DNA of 63,594 bases, filler included, from Octopus bimaculoides (GCF_001194135.2; 4 parts of 4 records of this genome joined end to end with filler, not necessarily neighbours in it), one strand, 5' to 3'. Shown: positions 41,268 to 53,703, counted from the whole stretch's first letter. The notes: generated by a model not told the origin, from the letters alone. Translations and numbers: made by a program.

Positions 41268-41439
41268 CAATTTTGGGCGAAGTGTTAGTCGATTACATCG
41301 TTCCCAGGGCTCGGCTGCTACTTATTTCACCGAAACCGAAAAGATGAGTGACAAAGTCGGCCTCGGCGGAAGGGGAACTCGGAACGTAAAAAGCCGGAAG
41401 AAATGCCGTGAAGCTAACGATTCTGCCTGCTCACCGCCT
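41268..41439 (-). mobile_element. SINE family A
   Basis: CTAACGATTCTGCCTGCTCACCGCC is the reverse complement of the head. The central CAAAGTCGGCCTCGGCGGAA block is present. Confidence 0.85.
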
Positions 41440-41610
41440 GACAGACAGACAGACAGACAGACAGATAGATAGAGAGAGAGATAGATAGATAGGGATATTA
41501 ATAGTAATACCATTCAAGCATTCCAATATAATCCAAGTTCTGGCTAATCACAGCAAATGGTACGGAGTAACCTCGGACTATTTAATGTAAACAATCCCAT
41601 GAATTTCATA

Positions 41611-41677
41611 CAGAGTGACTCAAGGGCCGAGAGCTTCGTGTGTTAGCACTTAATCTCTCGGCCCTTGGATCACTCTG
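41611..41677. ncRNA. Pre-miRNA-like or foldback hairpin
   Basis: 23-bp stem with one C-A mismatch and one G-U pair, and a 21-nt loop. Confidence 0.35.
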
Positions 41678-41760
41678 TTGATTCTGCTAAATATTAATGT
41701 TTTGAGTTCTAACTTGCTTGTTTGCATCACCAAACACACACACACGCATATATATGTATG

Positions 41761-41930
41761 CATACGACGGGCTTCTACACAGTTTCCAACTGCTGAATTC
41801 ACTGATAAAGCACTGAGCGACCCGGAGCTATTGTAGAAAACACTTACCCACAACGCCAGACAGTGGAACCGAACCCGAAACCACGTGATTGTAAAGCGAG
41901 CTTCTTAACTCCATAGTCATATCGGCGCCT
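41761..41930 (-). mobile_element. SINE family B, diverged
   Basis: CATACGACGGGCTTCT...CAGTTTCC...GAACCCGAAACCACGTG is the reverse complement of family B. Confidence 0.8.
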
Positions 41931-42395
41931 GTATTGAGAAATATGAAACTGCAAGCTCTTACTAGTGGATCCCTCCTCCTATTTGTAAAACACAGAGAAG
42001 GAAGACTCCGCCAGTATATATAGCAGTTTGTGTGTTTATTCTCTGTACGTTTCGGTCTCTGGACGGGAACATCAGTCGGTAAGACAATACTACATCGCCA
42101 CAGCCGCCGACAATTTCTCCCACCCCCCTCACCGCCATGTCTTCTAATCAACAGCATAGAGCAACTTGCCCAAGTTGCAGGTGGATAGCAATGAAATTCG
42201 CACAAAATTCGTTTTTCCTGCTGGCAAAGATAGAATGAAGTGTGTCTGGGATAAATTAAAATAAATAATTTTAATCGCAATATTCATGTTTCCGGGTATC
42301 TTTTACATTCATTTTTATATGTATATTAAATTTCACCATATGTATGTATGTAATGAGTGTGTGTTTGTGTGTGTATGTATGTGTGTTTATATGCA

Positions 42396-42790
42396 GTATG
42401 TGTACTCACATACAGCGAAAGAATACAATCGCGAATACAAGCAACAGAAATGAGGCTCCTCCGAAGCGTCTTTGGATTAACGTTACTCGATAGAGTGCGT
42501 AGCTCGGCGATTAGAGAAGCGTTCCAGGTAGAGCCGCTACAACTTTCCGATATTACGGACATGTGATAAGAATGTCTCGGGAAAGAATTACTGGATAGGT
42601 TTTATGAACAAAACCAAGTGGAGCCTCAGGTGTAGACTGAGGACAAGGTGGTTGGATAACATCCATGATCTCGATTGGACTCACTTAGGAATTAAGTCGA
42701 CTAAATTGGAAACAGTTGCTTCTAACAGAACCTGATGGACCCTGCCCCAACGACCCACCCAGAAATAAGTAAGCGAAGGAGATGAAATGA
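42396..42790 (+). mobile_element. RTE-clade LINE 3' end, decayed
   Basis: ERIQSRIQATEMRLLRSVFGLTLLDRVRSSAIREAFQVEPL, then YGHVIRM and RTRWLDNI, the typical region C-terminal to the RT domain in RTE elements. Confidence 0.9.
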
Positions 42791-42896
42791 GGTGAAATTA
42801 TGAATACAATTATAATTTGTTTATATATTTATTTTTATTACAATTTTGTTTTCAATTTCTTTTTTATTATCTTTTATTATACAGTGTTTTACATAC

Positions 42897-43010
42897 ATGT
42901 CGTGTTACATGAGTGTATTTCTGTACCATCCTCTCCACTTGAGCTCGCAAATTTTCAATTAAATCTAAAGATCTCTTAACATTCACTTGCCCTAAGTCAC
43001 TGAGTGTTAC
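42897..43010 (-). CDS. Candidate coding exon (114 nt, phase 0-0), VTLSDLGQVNVKRSLDLIENLRAQVERMVQKYTHVTRH, unidentified protein
   Basis: Acceptor ...TCAATTGCCAG, donor CAT|GTATGT, helical or coiled-coil-like peptide, in frame with 43156-43202 across a 145-nt intron. Confidence 0.6.
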
Positions 43011-43068
43011 CTGGCAATTGATCGTACAAAACACGTAGATAAAAAGAAGGCAATGAGTTACTACACTG

Positions 43069-43134
43069 GATGACACCAATCGTTGTGATGACACCAATCG
43101 TTGTGATGACACCAATCGTTTTGATGACACCAAT
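43069..43134. repeat. 18-bp tandem repeat, about 3.7 copies, inside the candidate short intron
   Basis: GATGACACCAATCGTT(G/T)T units. Confidence 0.95.
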
Positions 43135-43155
43135 GCATCAAATTCAGTGCTTTAC

Positions 43156-43202
43156 CTGTTCGTCTATTTTACCACCCTCAATACTAAATATTGATTTCTT
43201 AT
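43156..43202 (-). CDS. Candidate coding exon (47 nt, phase 1-0), (D)KKSIFSIEGGKIDEQ
   Basis: Acceptor AATTCTACAG, donor CAG|GTAAAG. It splices in frame to 42897-43010. Confidence 0.55.
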
Positions 43203-44084
43203 CTGTAGAATTTCCACAACTTTGCATGGAATGGTATTTTCAACAGAGGTGAGCTAGTATATTGTTGTACATGATATATTGACTATCAACTCTACAGAGG
43301 AAAAGACAAAACCATCTCTAATGAGATCTGAATTTAGAACGTTGGATATAGGTAAATAATGCAAAGCGTTTCATTTAGTGAGTTAGCGTTTCAATAATAC
43401 CACCACTGTAATATTTATTTAATATTAAATGGCTTATTGTTAAAATATATAATGTATATTGTGTACACATGTTAGTATATATACATATTTTCATTTATTC
43501 ATTATTATATGTATTTGAATATGTGCAAATATGGGTGTGTTGCGAAGGATTCTACAATATATACCCTGCCACATAACATACATACATATGTAAATATGTA
43601 TATTTATGTATACCTAAATCTAAATTTAAATATATATATAAATATATATNNNNNNNNNNCACACACACACACACGCACACACACATACATACACCTATAA
43701 GATACCTCGATCACCACTACCACCGCCACCACACTCCTCCCTCCCCCTCCTCCTCCTCCTCAACCAAGCAAACACCATCGCCATGTTTATCATTCGTTCC
43801 TTACACACATCAACAAAAACTTCCTTATTATAGCTTCTATTTACCTGTGTTTCACCACTAATAGCTACCCTTCCTCCCCACCTGTTGTCTACCCCTGACA
43901 CCGATCGCTCCACCCAGAACACATCATTACTTTATATTATTCTAATGAACCAACATAAATCCTCACTTAATCACTCGTAAAACCTAGCTTTTTCACTTTC
44001 TCTAATCGTATAACCAACCGCTTCCCATTCCACTGCGCACCAACACACACACACACACTCACACATACAGATTGCAGCAGCAGC

Positions 44085-44156
<72 letters not shown>
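44085..44156. repeat. (GTA)n microsatellite
   Basis: Seen directly. Confidence 0.97.
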
Positions 44157-44165
<9 letters not shown>

Positions 44166-44321
44166 GTTAGTAGTATGGTATGATTGCATTTTCTGTAGTT
44201 ATTGTTTGTGTTGTTGCAATCTTAGTAATTGTTGTAATTCTTGTTGTTTTATTCTGTTGTTGCTGCTGCTGCTGCCGCTGTTGTTGTTGTTGTTGTTCAT
44301 GTTGCGGTTTTTGTTCTACAA

Positions 44322-44398
44322 CAGTGATTCCCAACCAGGAGTCCGTGGACCCCTGGTGGTCCGCAAAGGTAGGTCCGTGAGCTAAATTCAAAATTTTC

Positions 44399-44437
<39 letters not shown>

Positions 44438-44774
44438 CAAAATAAGCAACAGGATATTCAGAGGTAATGCAGTNNNNNNNNNNATATATATATAAAATCA
44501 AAATAAGCAACAGGATATTCAGAGGTAATGCAGTACGATCGTTTCAAGCGATTCCATTTAATTGAACAATGCAACCATTACATCAATTTAAAAGCAGAGC
44601 AATCTTCAGCTGCATAAATACATAGAATTAAATTAAATTAAAACAAATGGACACATTAGTATAATTTTACCTAAAACCGCCAAGAAGGTAAGGAGATAGA
44701 CAAAAAACATGCTGCCTTCACTTCAGCTTAGTAGCTTCTAAGCTGAAGTGAAGAACCACTGTTGGGAAACACTG
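44322..44774. mobile_element. hAT (Charlie/Buster-type) non-autonomous MITE
   Basis: TIRs CAGTGATTCCCAAC and GTTGGGAAACACTG. The 8-bp flanks TTCTACAA and TTCTACGT match at 6 of 8 with a central TA, as in Buster-type TSDs. Confidence 0.85.
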
Positions 44775-45855
44775 TTCTACGTGGTTTGGAAAAATATCAC
44801 CACCACAATTATCAACGTCGTCGTTGTCAACACACTCCACTTCATACTACAACAACAATAGTAACCAATTCTTTCTCTACCACCACTACCGCCGCTACCA
44901 CCGGCGCCATCTTGTTCTTTTAAACTTTCTACACAATTTTATCATAAGAAAAGAGAAAGTATATTTAATATCAAACTGTTTGGTCCAGTGAGTGTTTCAA
45001 GGACCACGAATTCGATAAAAGATTAAATTCGTGGAGACTGACTTCAATTTAAACGTTATTAACAATACTCAACAAGTAGGAAGCATTTGGGCCAGCCTCA
45101 AGCGAGGACATAAACGGTGCTGCCGTGGCACTATGTTTCGCCCTTTTTTGACTGTTTGTTTCTTAGACGTTCTGGTGTCGTTTAAAGAAAATTTTCCTGC
45201 TATTTCTTGCAGGTCGAGAGGCCACATAGAGTTTTCGTGTATGCTGTTCCCATTGTTGACAAACAGTCTCGACTTCCGATATGGTCGGTACCTGAAGCTT
45301 CGATTGGCTAAAATTGCATGATTTTAAATGCCTAAAAGAAAAAAAAATCATCGTGATTTTCGACATCAGCGAAACAAAATTAGATCCGAACTACGTTCCT
45401 TCAAAATAATCTGGCAAAAATTTGAAAAATTTCAATTGGTTGGAAGAAATTTATCAAGATCTATATATGGTATGTTGTTGTTGAAGCTGTTGATGTCTCT
45501 CTTAAGGTGAAAGCATCTGAAATAAAATAGAATAAATATATAAATAAAGACACACTTCAGTGAATTTCTCGATGATACAGTGTGCAGATAACACCGTGAC
45601 TAGTTTAAAGCGTAGAGATAACAGCGGATAGATAACGTTGTGTGCATTTATAATTGAGAGGTAAATAGTGACGCTTAACTTAATAACAGCTGTCAAAGAG
45701 CGAGGGAGGGAGGGGAAAGAGAAGGGAGACCGGAGAAGAGGAGAGTGGGAGAGAGAGAAGAGGAGAGAGGCAAACAATCCGTGATGGTTTAACCGACTGA
45801 ATACAGTTTTCGATAGGAAACGTAAGTTCATAGTCTATAACTAATATATGTATTC

Positions 45856-45960
45856 ACCTCTCATATCTCCTAGCTTTATATGGTCTCTCTTTCTTATATA
45901 TATATATATATATATATACTAAAGGAGAGAGACCATATAATGTCAGGAGATATGAGAGGT
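45856..45960. repeat. Foldback element with about 37-bp inverted arms around a (TA)n spacer
   Basis: ACCTCTCATATCTCCT...TTATATGGTCTCTCT and AGAGAGACCATATAA...AGGAGATATGAGAGGT. Confidence 0.85.
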
Positions 45961-46572
45961 TAATGTGTTTGTTTAACTACTTGATATCCGTAGGATTACA
46001 CCCGTTTCGCATCCTCCATCATGTAATGATAATTTCAGTGTTTCATAAATTATTGTAGATGTCTGCACCAATATGCATACTACACATTGCACAGTACAAG
46101 TGTACAATTATATATCAATGCATGCATAGAAGGATAGCTCTTCAGATCAGCAGAACATTCTGGTTGCACAAAGCTTCAGCTCGTAATAATTAGATAACAG
46201 AATGTTTTGCAATAACTGGCTATAAGTGATTATCCAATCAACACTTGAATTATATATATATACACATACATATATTACGATGTAAACGACTACATGTATG
46301 TATGTATGTATTATGTATGTATGTATGTATGTATGCATGCATGTATGCATGTATGTATGCATGTATGTATGCATGTATGTATGCATGGGTGGATGGATGT
46401 ATATTTGTATGTATATGTATATATATATGTGTGTCTGTATATGTATGAATGTGAGTGTATTACACATATACATATATAAAATACATGCACACAGACACGT
46501 ATATATATATGATGTATGTATGCATATATATGTATATAACAGTTAAGATGCTGTCTGAACAGACAGACAGAC

Positions 46573-46627
<55 letters not shown>

Positions 46628-46680
46628 GTAGGTAAATAGGTAGAAACTTGTGTGTACATGCGTTTGTGTGCGAGAGAGTG

Positions 46681-46683
<3 letters not shown>

Positions 46684-46762
<79 letters not shown>

Positions 46763-46770
46763 GAGAGAGA
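46684..46770. repeat. (GA)n microsatellite
   Basis: Seen directly. Confidence 0.97.
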
Positions 46771-47670
46771 GTGATGAGAAAGAAGGAGGGCAAAAGAGAA
46801 AGAGAAGAAAGAGAAGGAAGGAGAGTGATAGAGAAAGAGAAGAATGAGAAAGAGGACGAGGCAGAGAGATGTTAGATGGAGTTAAGTATTTGACGCCAGA
46901 AACTGTAGAAAGAAATCAAAGACGGAGGAATCAGCAGGAAGAATGGTAAGAAGAGCTGGTATTAAGCATGGAATAAAATGATACTTAATTGAATAATGGG
47001 TTCTCCGTCTGGCACCGTGGGTGAGGGTGTGGGGAGAGATTCCGTCACAGAATGCAGAATCTCATTATCATCTCATAGAGTGGAGGAGATTACCTCTTCA
47101 AGAATCTCAAAGTTAAAATTCTTGAGTAAATGGTAAAAACGATTCGTGGAAGTTCACATCTACACGTGGTAAAAGTTAATTTTAATGTAATTATCGAATT
47201 AACATAATTTATATTTGTCTGTCTTTGAGTCTTGGAGGAATAACTAATCCAAACCAAACAGAATATTTGTTTAATTCCTCAAGGAGTTACATTTATCCGC
47301 TTACTACAAATACTTGTTATTTTAGGCCCCGTCATTTCAACAATGTCTGGGTTTGGGGATTCTTTTAGCACCACATTCCTGGCAATTCTACTCTTCAGTT
47401 TCCCAGAAAAACTTTATATAATGTCATTAAGTCGTTTGGGGTAACACAGCAATTGTTTTTTTACCAGGAACCGTCACCGCAATAAAGGCTAGGATTTTAA
47501 ATTCTTTTACTGCCACATTCCTGGCAATTCTGCCCTTCAATATCCTAGCTCCATTTTATATACCATATTCGATGGCAGAAAAAATGCACCGACATTTTAG
47601 ATGCATCCCAATTTCAGCAGCGAATATTCAGGATTTTTTATTTTATTTTAACGTAGTATTTATAGCAACT

Positions 47671-47850
47671 GAAGACGGTGAGGGTGGCAGAAACGTCAGC
47701 ACGCCGGGCGAAATGCTTAGCGGTATTTCGTCTGACTTTACGTTCTGAGTTCAAAATCCGCCTTTCATTCTTTCGAGGTCGATAAATTAAGTACCAGTTG
47801 CATACTGGGGTCGATCTAATTGGAGCTGCATATGATCGAAGGCGGTGCAG
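47671..47850 (+). mobile_element. SINE family A with an internal deletion and a family-C-like 3' remnant
   Basis: GGCAGAAACGTCAGCACGCCGGGCGAAATGCTTAGCGGTATTTCG...GAGGTCGATAAATTAAGTACCAG. Confidence 0.85.
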
Positions 47851-48715
47851 ATGGAACCAGGCAATGCATCCTTTCGTTTAAAAAGGGCGGGGGATGGTGG
47901 CATCAGAACTGAAAGAGGCTTAGCAGCTATTTTTAGCAGATCCAGCAACCACGTAAATGGTAAATGGGCATTTGCCACTTAGTTGAATGTCCTTCATTCA
48001 GGGGTGTCTACGGTTTTCGTAATGTGTAGTAGCCACACCATTCTAGATATCGGGAGAGTGCTATGACGTTTAGAATGACAATTGAGCATCGTAGTGGGAC
48101 AGCAGCAGTTAAACTGGCCGGGGCTGTTTTGGGCCCCAGAAGCCTTTGGTCTTCGCGATGCACAATTGGCAATGGCAAATATATGATGACGTCAGTAAAC
48201 AAAAAAAGAAAATATTTCAAGCGAGAGGTGTCAACTGTTTCAACTTCTGCGCAAATGTACGTGCACACATATATTTTTATGCATACATACATATATATAT
48301 GCATATATATGTACATGCACGTACGTACGTACGTATGTATGTACGTATGTATGTATGTATGTATGTATGTATGTATGTATGCTTGCATACACATACACAC
48401 ATACACACGCACACATACACACGCACACATATATTACTTAACGGAGTAATACTGTAGAAAGCCACAAAACTGAGATACATATCTATAATTGTATTGTGTG
48501 TGTGTATATCTATCTATCTATCTATCTATCTATATCTATATATATATTCATACATACATATATATACACACAAACACACAAACACACACCCACACATATA
48601 TATGCATATATATATTATGTATACACACATGTGCATAAATATAGTTTATTTAAACTGATTATATATATGTTTATATGTATACGCACGCACACGCATGCAC
48701 ACACAAATAGTTTAC

Positions 48716-48775
48716 ATAAACTGAACATTTTGCAGCTCCTCGAGTCAACAGGAGGTTTTCCACCATATTTTCAAG
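48716..48775 (-). CDS. Candidate 60-nt exon, LENMVENLLLTRGAAKCSVY
   Basis: Acceptor TTTATAAAACCAG, weak donor TAT|GTAAAC. Its phase (0-0) does not join directly to 43202. Confidence 0.2.
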
Positions 48776-48869
48776 CTGGTTTTATAAACATTAAAGCAAA
48801 CTGGTCCTTTTGTGTATAATAATTATTTTCATTGAAAAGTTACAAAATATTTTTTTGTCTGCGTGATGC

Positions 48870-49100
48870 CTTTTTGATTATTGTTGCGTTATCGTTTTTC
48901 ATTGGCCAATTTCTCGGTTGTATTGTCTTCATTGGTTGGTTTCCTTATTAAATTCTGTTTTTCTAGATAGTTATTCGTTATCATTCGTCACATCTTTGAG
49001 GTTGATGTAATTTTGATTATTGCCGTATTGGCCATTTTCATTGGCTGCATCTCAGATGGATTATCCTTATTGGTCGATTTCATTATTATATCCTGTTTCG
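48870..49100. repeat. Diverged tandem duplication with about 139-bp period, rich in CCAAT/ATTGG
   Basis: TTTTGATTATTG...TTTTCATTGGC...TTATT blocks repeat at 48871 and 49011. Confidence 0.7.
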
Positions 49101-49399
49101 ATAAACTGTTATTCTGTTAATGTCTCTATTGACTTCGGAGATCTGTCTGCCATTCCTAAATCTTTATATTCTGTTGGGGATTGGCAGTTTTACGTTTTCA
49201 CTGTTATTACGCCACCAAATACTTATTCTATTTGTAATACAGACAGTTTTCTTCTAAAAATGAATATATTTCGCAATTCAGACAGGCTTCCATCCCATCC
49301 ATTCATTTTCACTGCCTACAATTCCTCAGTGAGTTGCTGGGGCAAGTCACCAGGCACTTCCTCCATAGGGTACTGTCAGAAGCAACCGTGATTATATTT

Positions 49400-49745
49400 T
49401 CTTGGTGGATTTCCAAGCGTCACTAAGACTACAGATATTATCCACCCATTTCTTTCTTGGTCTACACTTGAGGTTTCCTGCCGAAGGAGGCTGGCTTGAA
49501 GGACCTGTTTTACGATACTTTCTTGCGACAGTCTAACTACATATACCGAAACAGTGCCTTATCAGTCCGGAGAAGAAGTGATTCGAACCGGAGAGGCTTT
49601 CTGATGTCTGAGCTATCCACTCATTTGTGTAACGTTATTCCGGTGAAGAACATCAGACAGGTTTTTGATGATGAATATATTTTTATCTCTGCAGATTGAT
49701 ATCATCTCATTTTGTTTCTGCTGAGCATGCGTACTTGTTGCATAA
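49400..49745 (-). mobile_element. RTE-clade LINE 3' fragment, decayed
   Basis: The minus strand gives QSAEIK...TGITLHK*VDSSDIRKPLRFESLLLRT...CRPRKKWVDNI, homologous to 42396-42790. Confidence 0.8.
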
Positions 49746-50244
49746 TTATACTATATTTTTATGTGGTGTACAGAAACATATCCCAGAATCACTTATATAA
49801 GAGGTGGCACTGCTTATTAATGCCTTGTTTATAATTACATATTTTCTACCTGTGGCTTTCTCCCCTCTTCTAGTGTTGCTGCTTTGCTAGATTACTTCGT
49901 CTGTAAGCAATTTTCATATAACTAACCATTACACTTACTGCAATTGGTGTGTTTTCTTCTCCAGCTGAAACTAACTTTTGTGTTGATCCTGTTGAATAAG
50001 TTATACCAAGTTTCATTTGTTGGAAAATTTCTGATGATTAGCTAAGAAAACTTTTTGCTACATTTGCTATAATTTAAGCTGAAGAGCGAATTGAACTAAA
50101 AAACATATCGTTTTTAATAGAGTTTGATATTTTTTAGTTGTTCAGGTGGTTTTAGGTAAGGTTTCTAATTTTTCGTTGAACCCGCTCATTTTTGTGCTTA
50201 ATTATACGACGAAGCTGCTTGCTCGAATGTTGTTTCCCCAATCC

Positions 50245-50284
<40 letters not shown>

Positions 50285-50564
50285 CACATATATGTACGCT
50301 CGTTGATTTATTCTCAAGTGTTCTTGTAGACGAATATACTCCTACACGAGTACTGAGTGACATTCGGTGCCATATTTGGGGATCCACGGACATGCAAATG
50401 AGTGCAAGAACGTATCAATCAAATGGATAAGTTATTGTCTGCGTGTTACTCAACCGATCCCAGTAATTAAACCACTGGTTCCTATGCGAATTATCTCAAT
50501 TTAATTATTTCGCTTTGGTTCCTAATTCTAAATTTTTATTGTAATTATTTTAAATTCTAACTAC

Positions 50565-50744
50565 CATGAAAATCATCTTCCTTATTCCATATTAACATCA
50601 CACGAACACGTGATATATGCTGACCAATCAGAAAATTATGTTCTGCGAACCATGTTGCATACTGTTTTATGTCTCTGGAATTTTGTTTAACACAGATTTG
50701 TTTAATTCTCGGGGCTGGGGAAATTTCTGTGAAGAAAAATTTGC
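50565..50744 (-). CDS. Candidate 180-nt exon, GKFFFTEISPAPRIKQ...MLIWNKEDDFH
   Basis: Acceptor CAACTTTCACTTCAG, donor CATG|GTAGTT, 60 open codons, phase 1-1, compatible with 43202. No recognisable domain. Confidence 0.3.
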
Positions 50745-51225
50745 CTGAAGTGAAAGTTGTGTTAAGTGAAATTATCGCTAAACGATACACACATTAAAAA
50801 GATGTCAGTATTAAGAGATGTTCACTATTTAGTGAACATCTTGTAAAAATGTGAACTAACCATGAACAACAGAGTACCGTAATGTTTTAAACATTCAACT
50901 CTTACATGCGGTACACTGATATACGCTACCGTTATACACAACACTGTTATACATACTGTACTTCTATACGCTGAACTGCCATACAATGCTGCTGTTGTGT
51001 TGTATAACTTTATATATGAAACATGAATATACTTACACATTATTTCTCTCACGCATATCACATACATACACGCTTGCACACACACATTAACAGAGAAAAC
51101 AGTCTTGCACACACGCTCACACACACACACGCACACACATATACACACGGACACGGACACACACACAAGCACACACACAGATACTGGTCGTCAAACTCAT
51201 TGTCGCAAACACCTCGCACATAGTC

Positions 51226-51265
<40 letters not shown>

Positions 51266-51275
51266 NNNNNNNNNN

Positions 51276-51320
<45 letters not shown>

Positions 51321-51540
51321 CAGCACCACCAACACCCCAAGAATCCCACTACCAAACACCACCATCACTGCCACCACCACCACAGGTGCCACCATCACCA
51401 CCTCCGCCGTCAACTACAACAAAAGCAACAACAATATCTCTCCACTATTTATTCAGCTGCCCAATAATATTTCGCAACTTTTATAACTTCTTCAGATATT
51501 TTTGTTGACATCTTTCACACATTTACACACACACACACAC

Positions 51541-51575
<35 letters not shown>

Positions 51576-51792
51576 NNNNNNNNNNNNNNNNNNNNNNNNN
51601 NNNNNNNNNNNNNNNNNNNNNNNNNNNNNNNNNNNNNNNNNNNNNNNNNNNNNNNNNNNNNNNNNNNNNNNNNCACACTCGCGCACACACACACACCGCA
51701 GACACATGCACACGCACATACACACAAACGCACACACAATTTATCACTACACACACACATATATATATATATATGTATATACATATATACAT

Positions 51793-51826
<34 letters not shown>

Positions 51827-51827
51827 G

Positions 51828-51860
<33 letters not shown>

Positions 51861-52077
51861 CTGTATATGTAGCGATGCATGTTTGTACATGTATATATTT
51901 ACAACACACACACGCACACATATACACACGCATATATCTATATACACATATACATACACACACTCAAGTGTTCATGTAGGCATATATGCATGCATGTATG
52001 TATGTATGTATGTATATGTACATACATACATACAGACGGACAGTCAGTCAGACAGACAGACAGACAGACAGGCAAAC

Positions 52078-52146
<69 letters not shown>

Positions 52147-52283
52147 CAGAAAGGCAGACAGACAGACAGACAGACTCGTAGGGAAGTAGGTAAGGTACAT
52201 TCATTCAAATTTAGCGCAAAAGAAAAACGAAGAACAAAAAGGAAAAAGAAAGAGAAGAAAAGAGGAGGAAGAAAGAAAAACAG

Positions 52284-52321
<38 letters not shown>

Positions 52322-53199
52322 GCATCAGGTGTAGAAACGTAGAGTAGACAGGTGTTTGGATTAAGAAGAGGTATTCGGACAGTAAATAAGATGATTACAT
52401 CTTTGTAATCTAAACCGTGTAATGGACCCGACATAACTCTGTGTGCGTGTGTATGTGTGCGTGTGTATGCGTGAGTGTGTGTGTGAGAGTTTGTGTGTAC
52501 GTGTGTATGTGCGCGCGCGTATATACGCATGGATACATATTTACACACACACATATGCGTATACGTATATCTATATAGGTATGTATGTGTGTATATGGAT
52601 ACAAATATGTGTCTACATAAACATGTATATACAGGCAATCATACTCATACATTTATGAATTCGACTTAAAATGGTTATTCTATTCAGGCCAATAAAACAG
52701 ATATTGTGGTAAAAAAATCACGTTGAGAAAACATGTCTACCCAAATAAATGGCGCTCCCAGAGAACTGCAACGCTTCTGTAAAATTATTTGAAAATTAAA
52801 ATAAATGTAAGGACCTTAAAATAGGGGTCTCAAAATTTGACATCTAACAAGTGTACTCATGATCATCGGAGCTTTCAGAGTTGTACCAAATAGCGCCCTT
52901 AAACACAGTGGCCCAATACCAGAAAACCCCGAGGTAACAAACCTACAAGGCATTGTTTGCATGTATACTGCCCTCATCCTAAGAAAAGCAATAGCAACTT
53001 GAAAATACCTGATTCCCTTAGAATTTTTTCAAACCTAAAATATTACAAATTTAACAGAAGCCTAGCTTTCAGATTCTGGTTTCGTTCCCGTATAATAAGA
53101 CATCGATAGTAAAACGTCCAACTTGTTGTTATTGGAGGTCTCTCGGTGAGACTTGTAACAACTCGAGAAGAAACATATAGCATCACTAAAGTAAAGACC

Positions 53200-53395
53200 C
53201 AGGGCCTGAAAGCGTGGTTGGTTGGGGGGCAAATCGATGACGTCGACCCCAGTGATCAATTGGTACATAATTTATCAACTCCGAAAGGACGAAAAGCTGA
53301 GGTCGATAGAATAAGTGCCAGTTAAACTCCGGGGTCGATACAATCGACCTAGACCCTCCATCGACATTGCTGGCCTTATGCCAAAATTTTATGTC
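53200..53395. mobile_element. Two SINE family A 3' halves fused in inverted orientation
   Basis: The minus piece 53200-53305 and the plus piece 53299-53395 overlap at GAGGTCGA. Confidence 0.8.
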
Positions 53396-53398
53396 ATT

Positions 53399-53638
53399 GT
53401 GAGCTGGCAGAATCGTTTGCATGCCGAGTAAATGCTTAGCGGTATATCGTCTGTCGTCTGTTCTGAGTTCAAATTCCGCCGAGGTACACATTGTCATCCT
53501 TCCACGATCGACAAAGTAAGTACGAGTTGAGTACCGGAGTCAATGTAATCGACTTACTCTCCCCTCCAAACCACCACCACCACCACCACACACACACAAA
53601 CACACACCGTCCCATGAAATTGCAGGCATTGTGCCAAA

Positions 53639-53703
<65 letters not shown>

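Noticed and set aside
42030-42085. Minus-strand CTGATG...GAAACGTA followed by AATAAA
   Set aside because: The core lacks A9 and stems I and II do not form in register. It may be a very old Penelope end but I cannot support it.
42941-43010. Resemblance of LSDLGQVNVKRSLDLIENL to the IQGAP C-terminal region
   Set aside because: The similarity is a generic helical pattern and the flanking residues do not match, so no gene symbol was assigned.
44432-44533. Exact duplication of about 42 bp on both sides of a 10-N gap
   Set aside because: This is an unmerged contig overlap, not a biological duplication.
45330-45440. IVIFDISETKLD resembling a LINE APE endonuclease motif
   Set aside because: It is a single short motif among stops with no second motif.
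47669-47705. CTGAAGA...GAAACGTC hammerhead-like pattern
   Set aside because: No stem II forms. It is a mutated SINE family A head.
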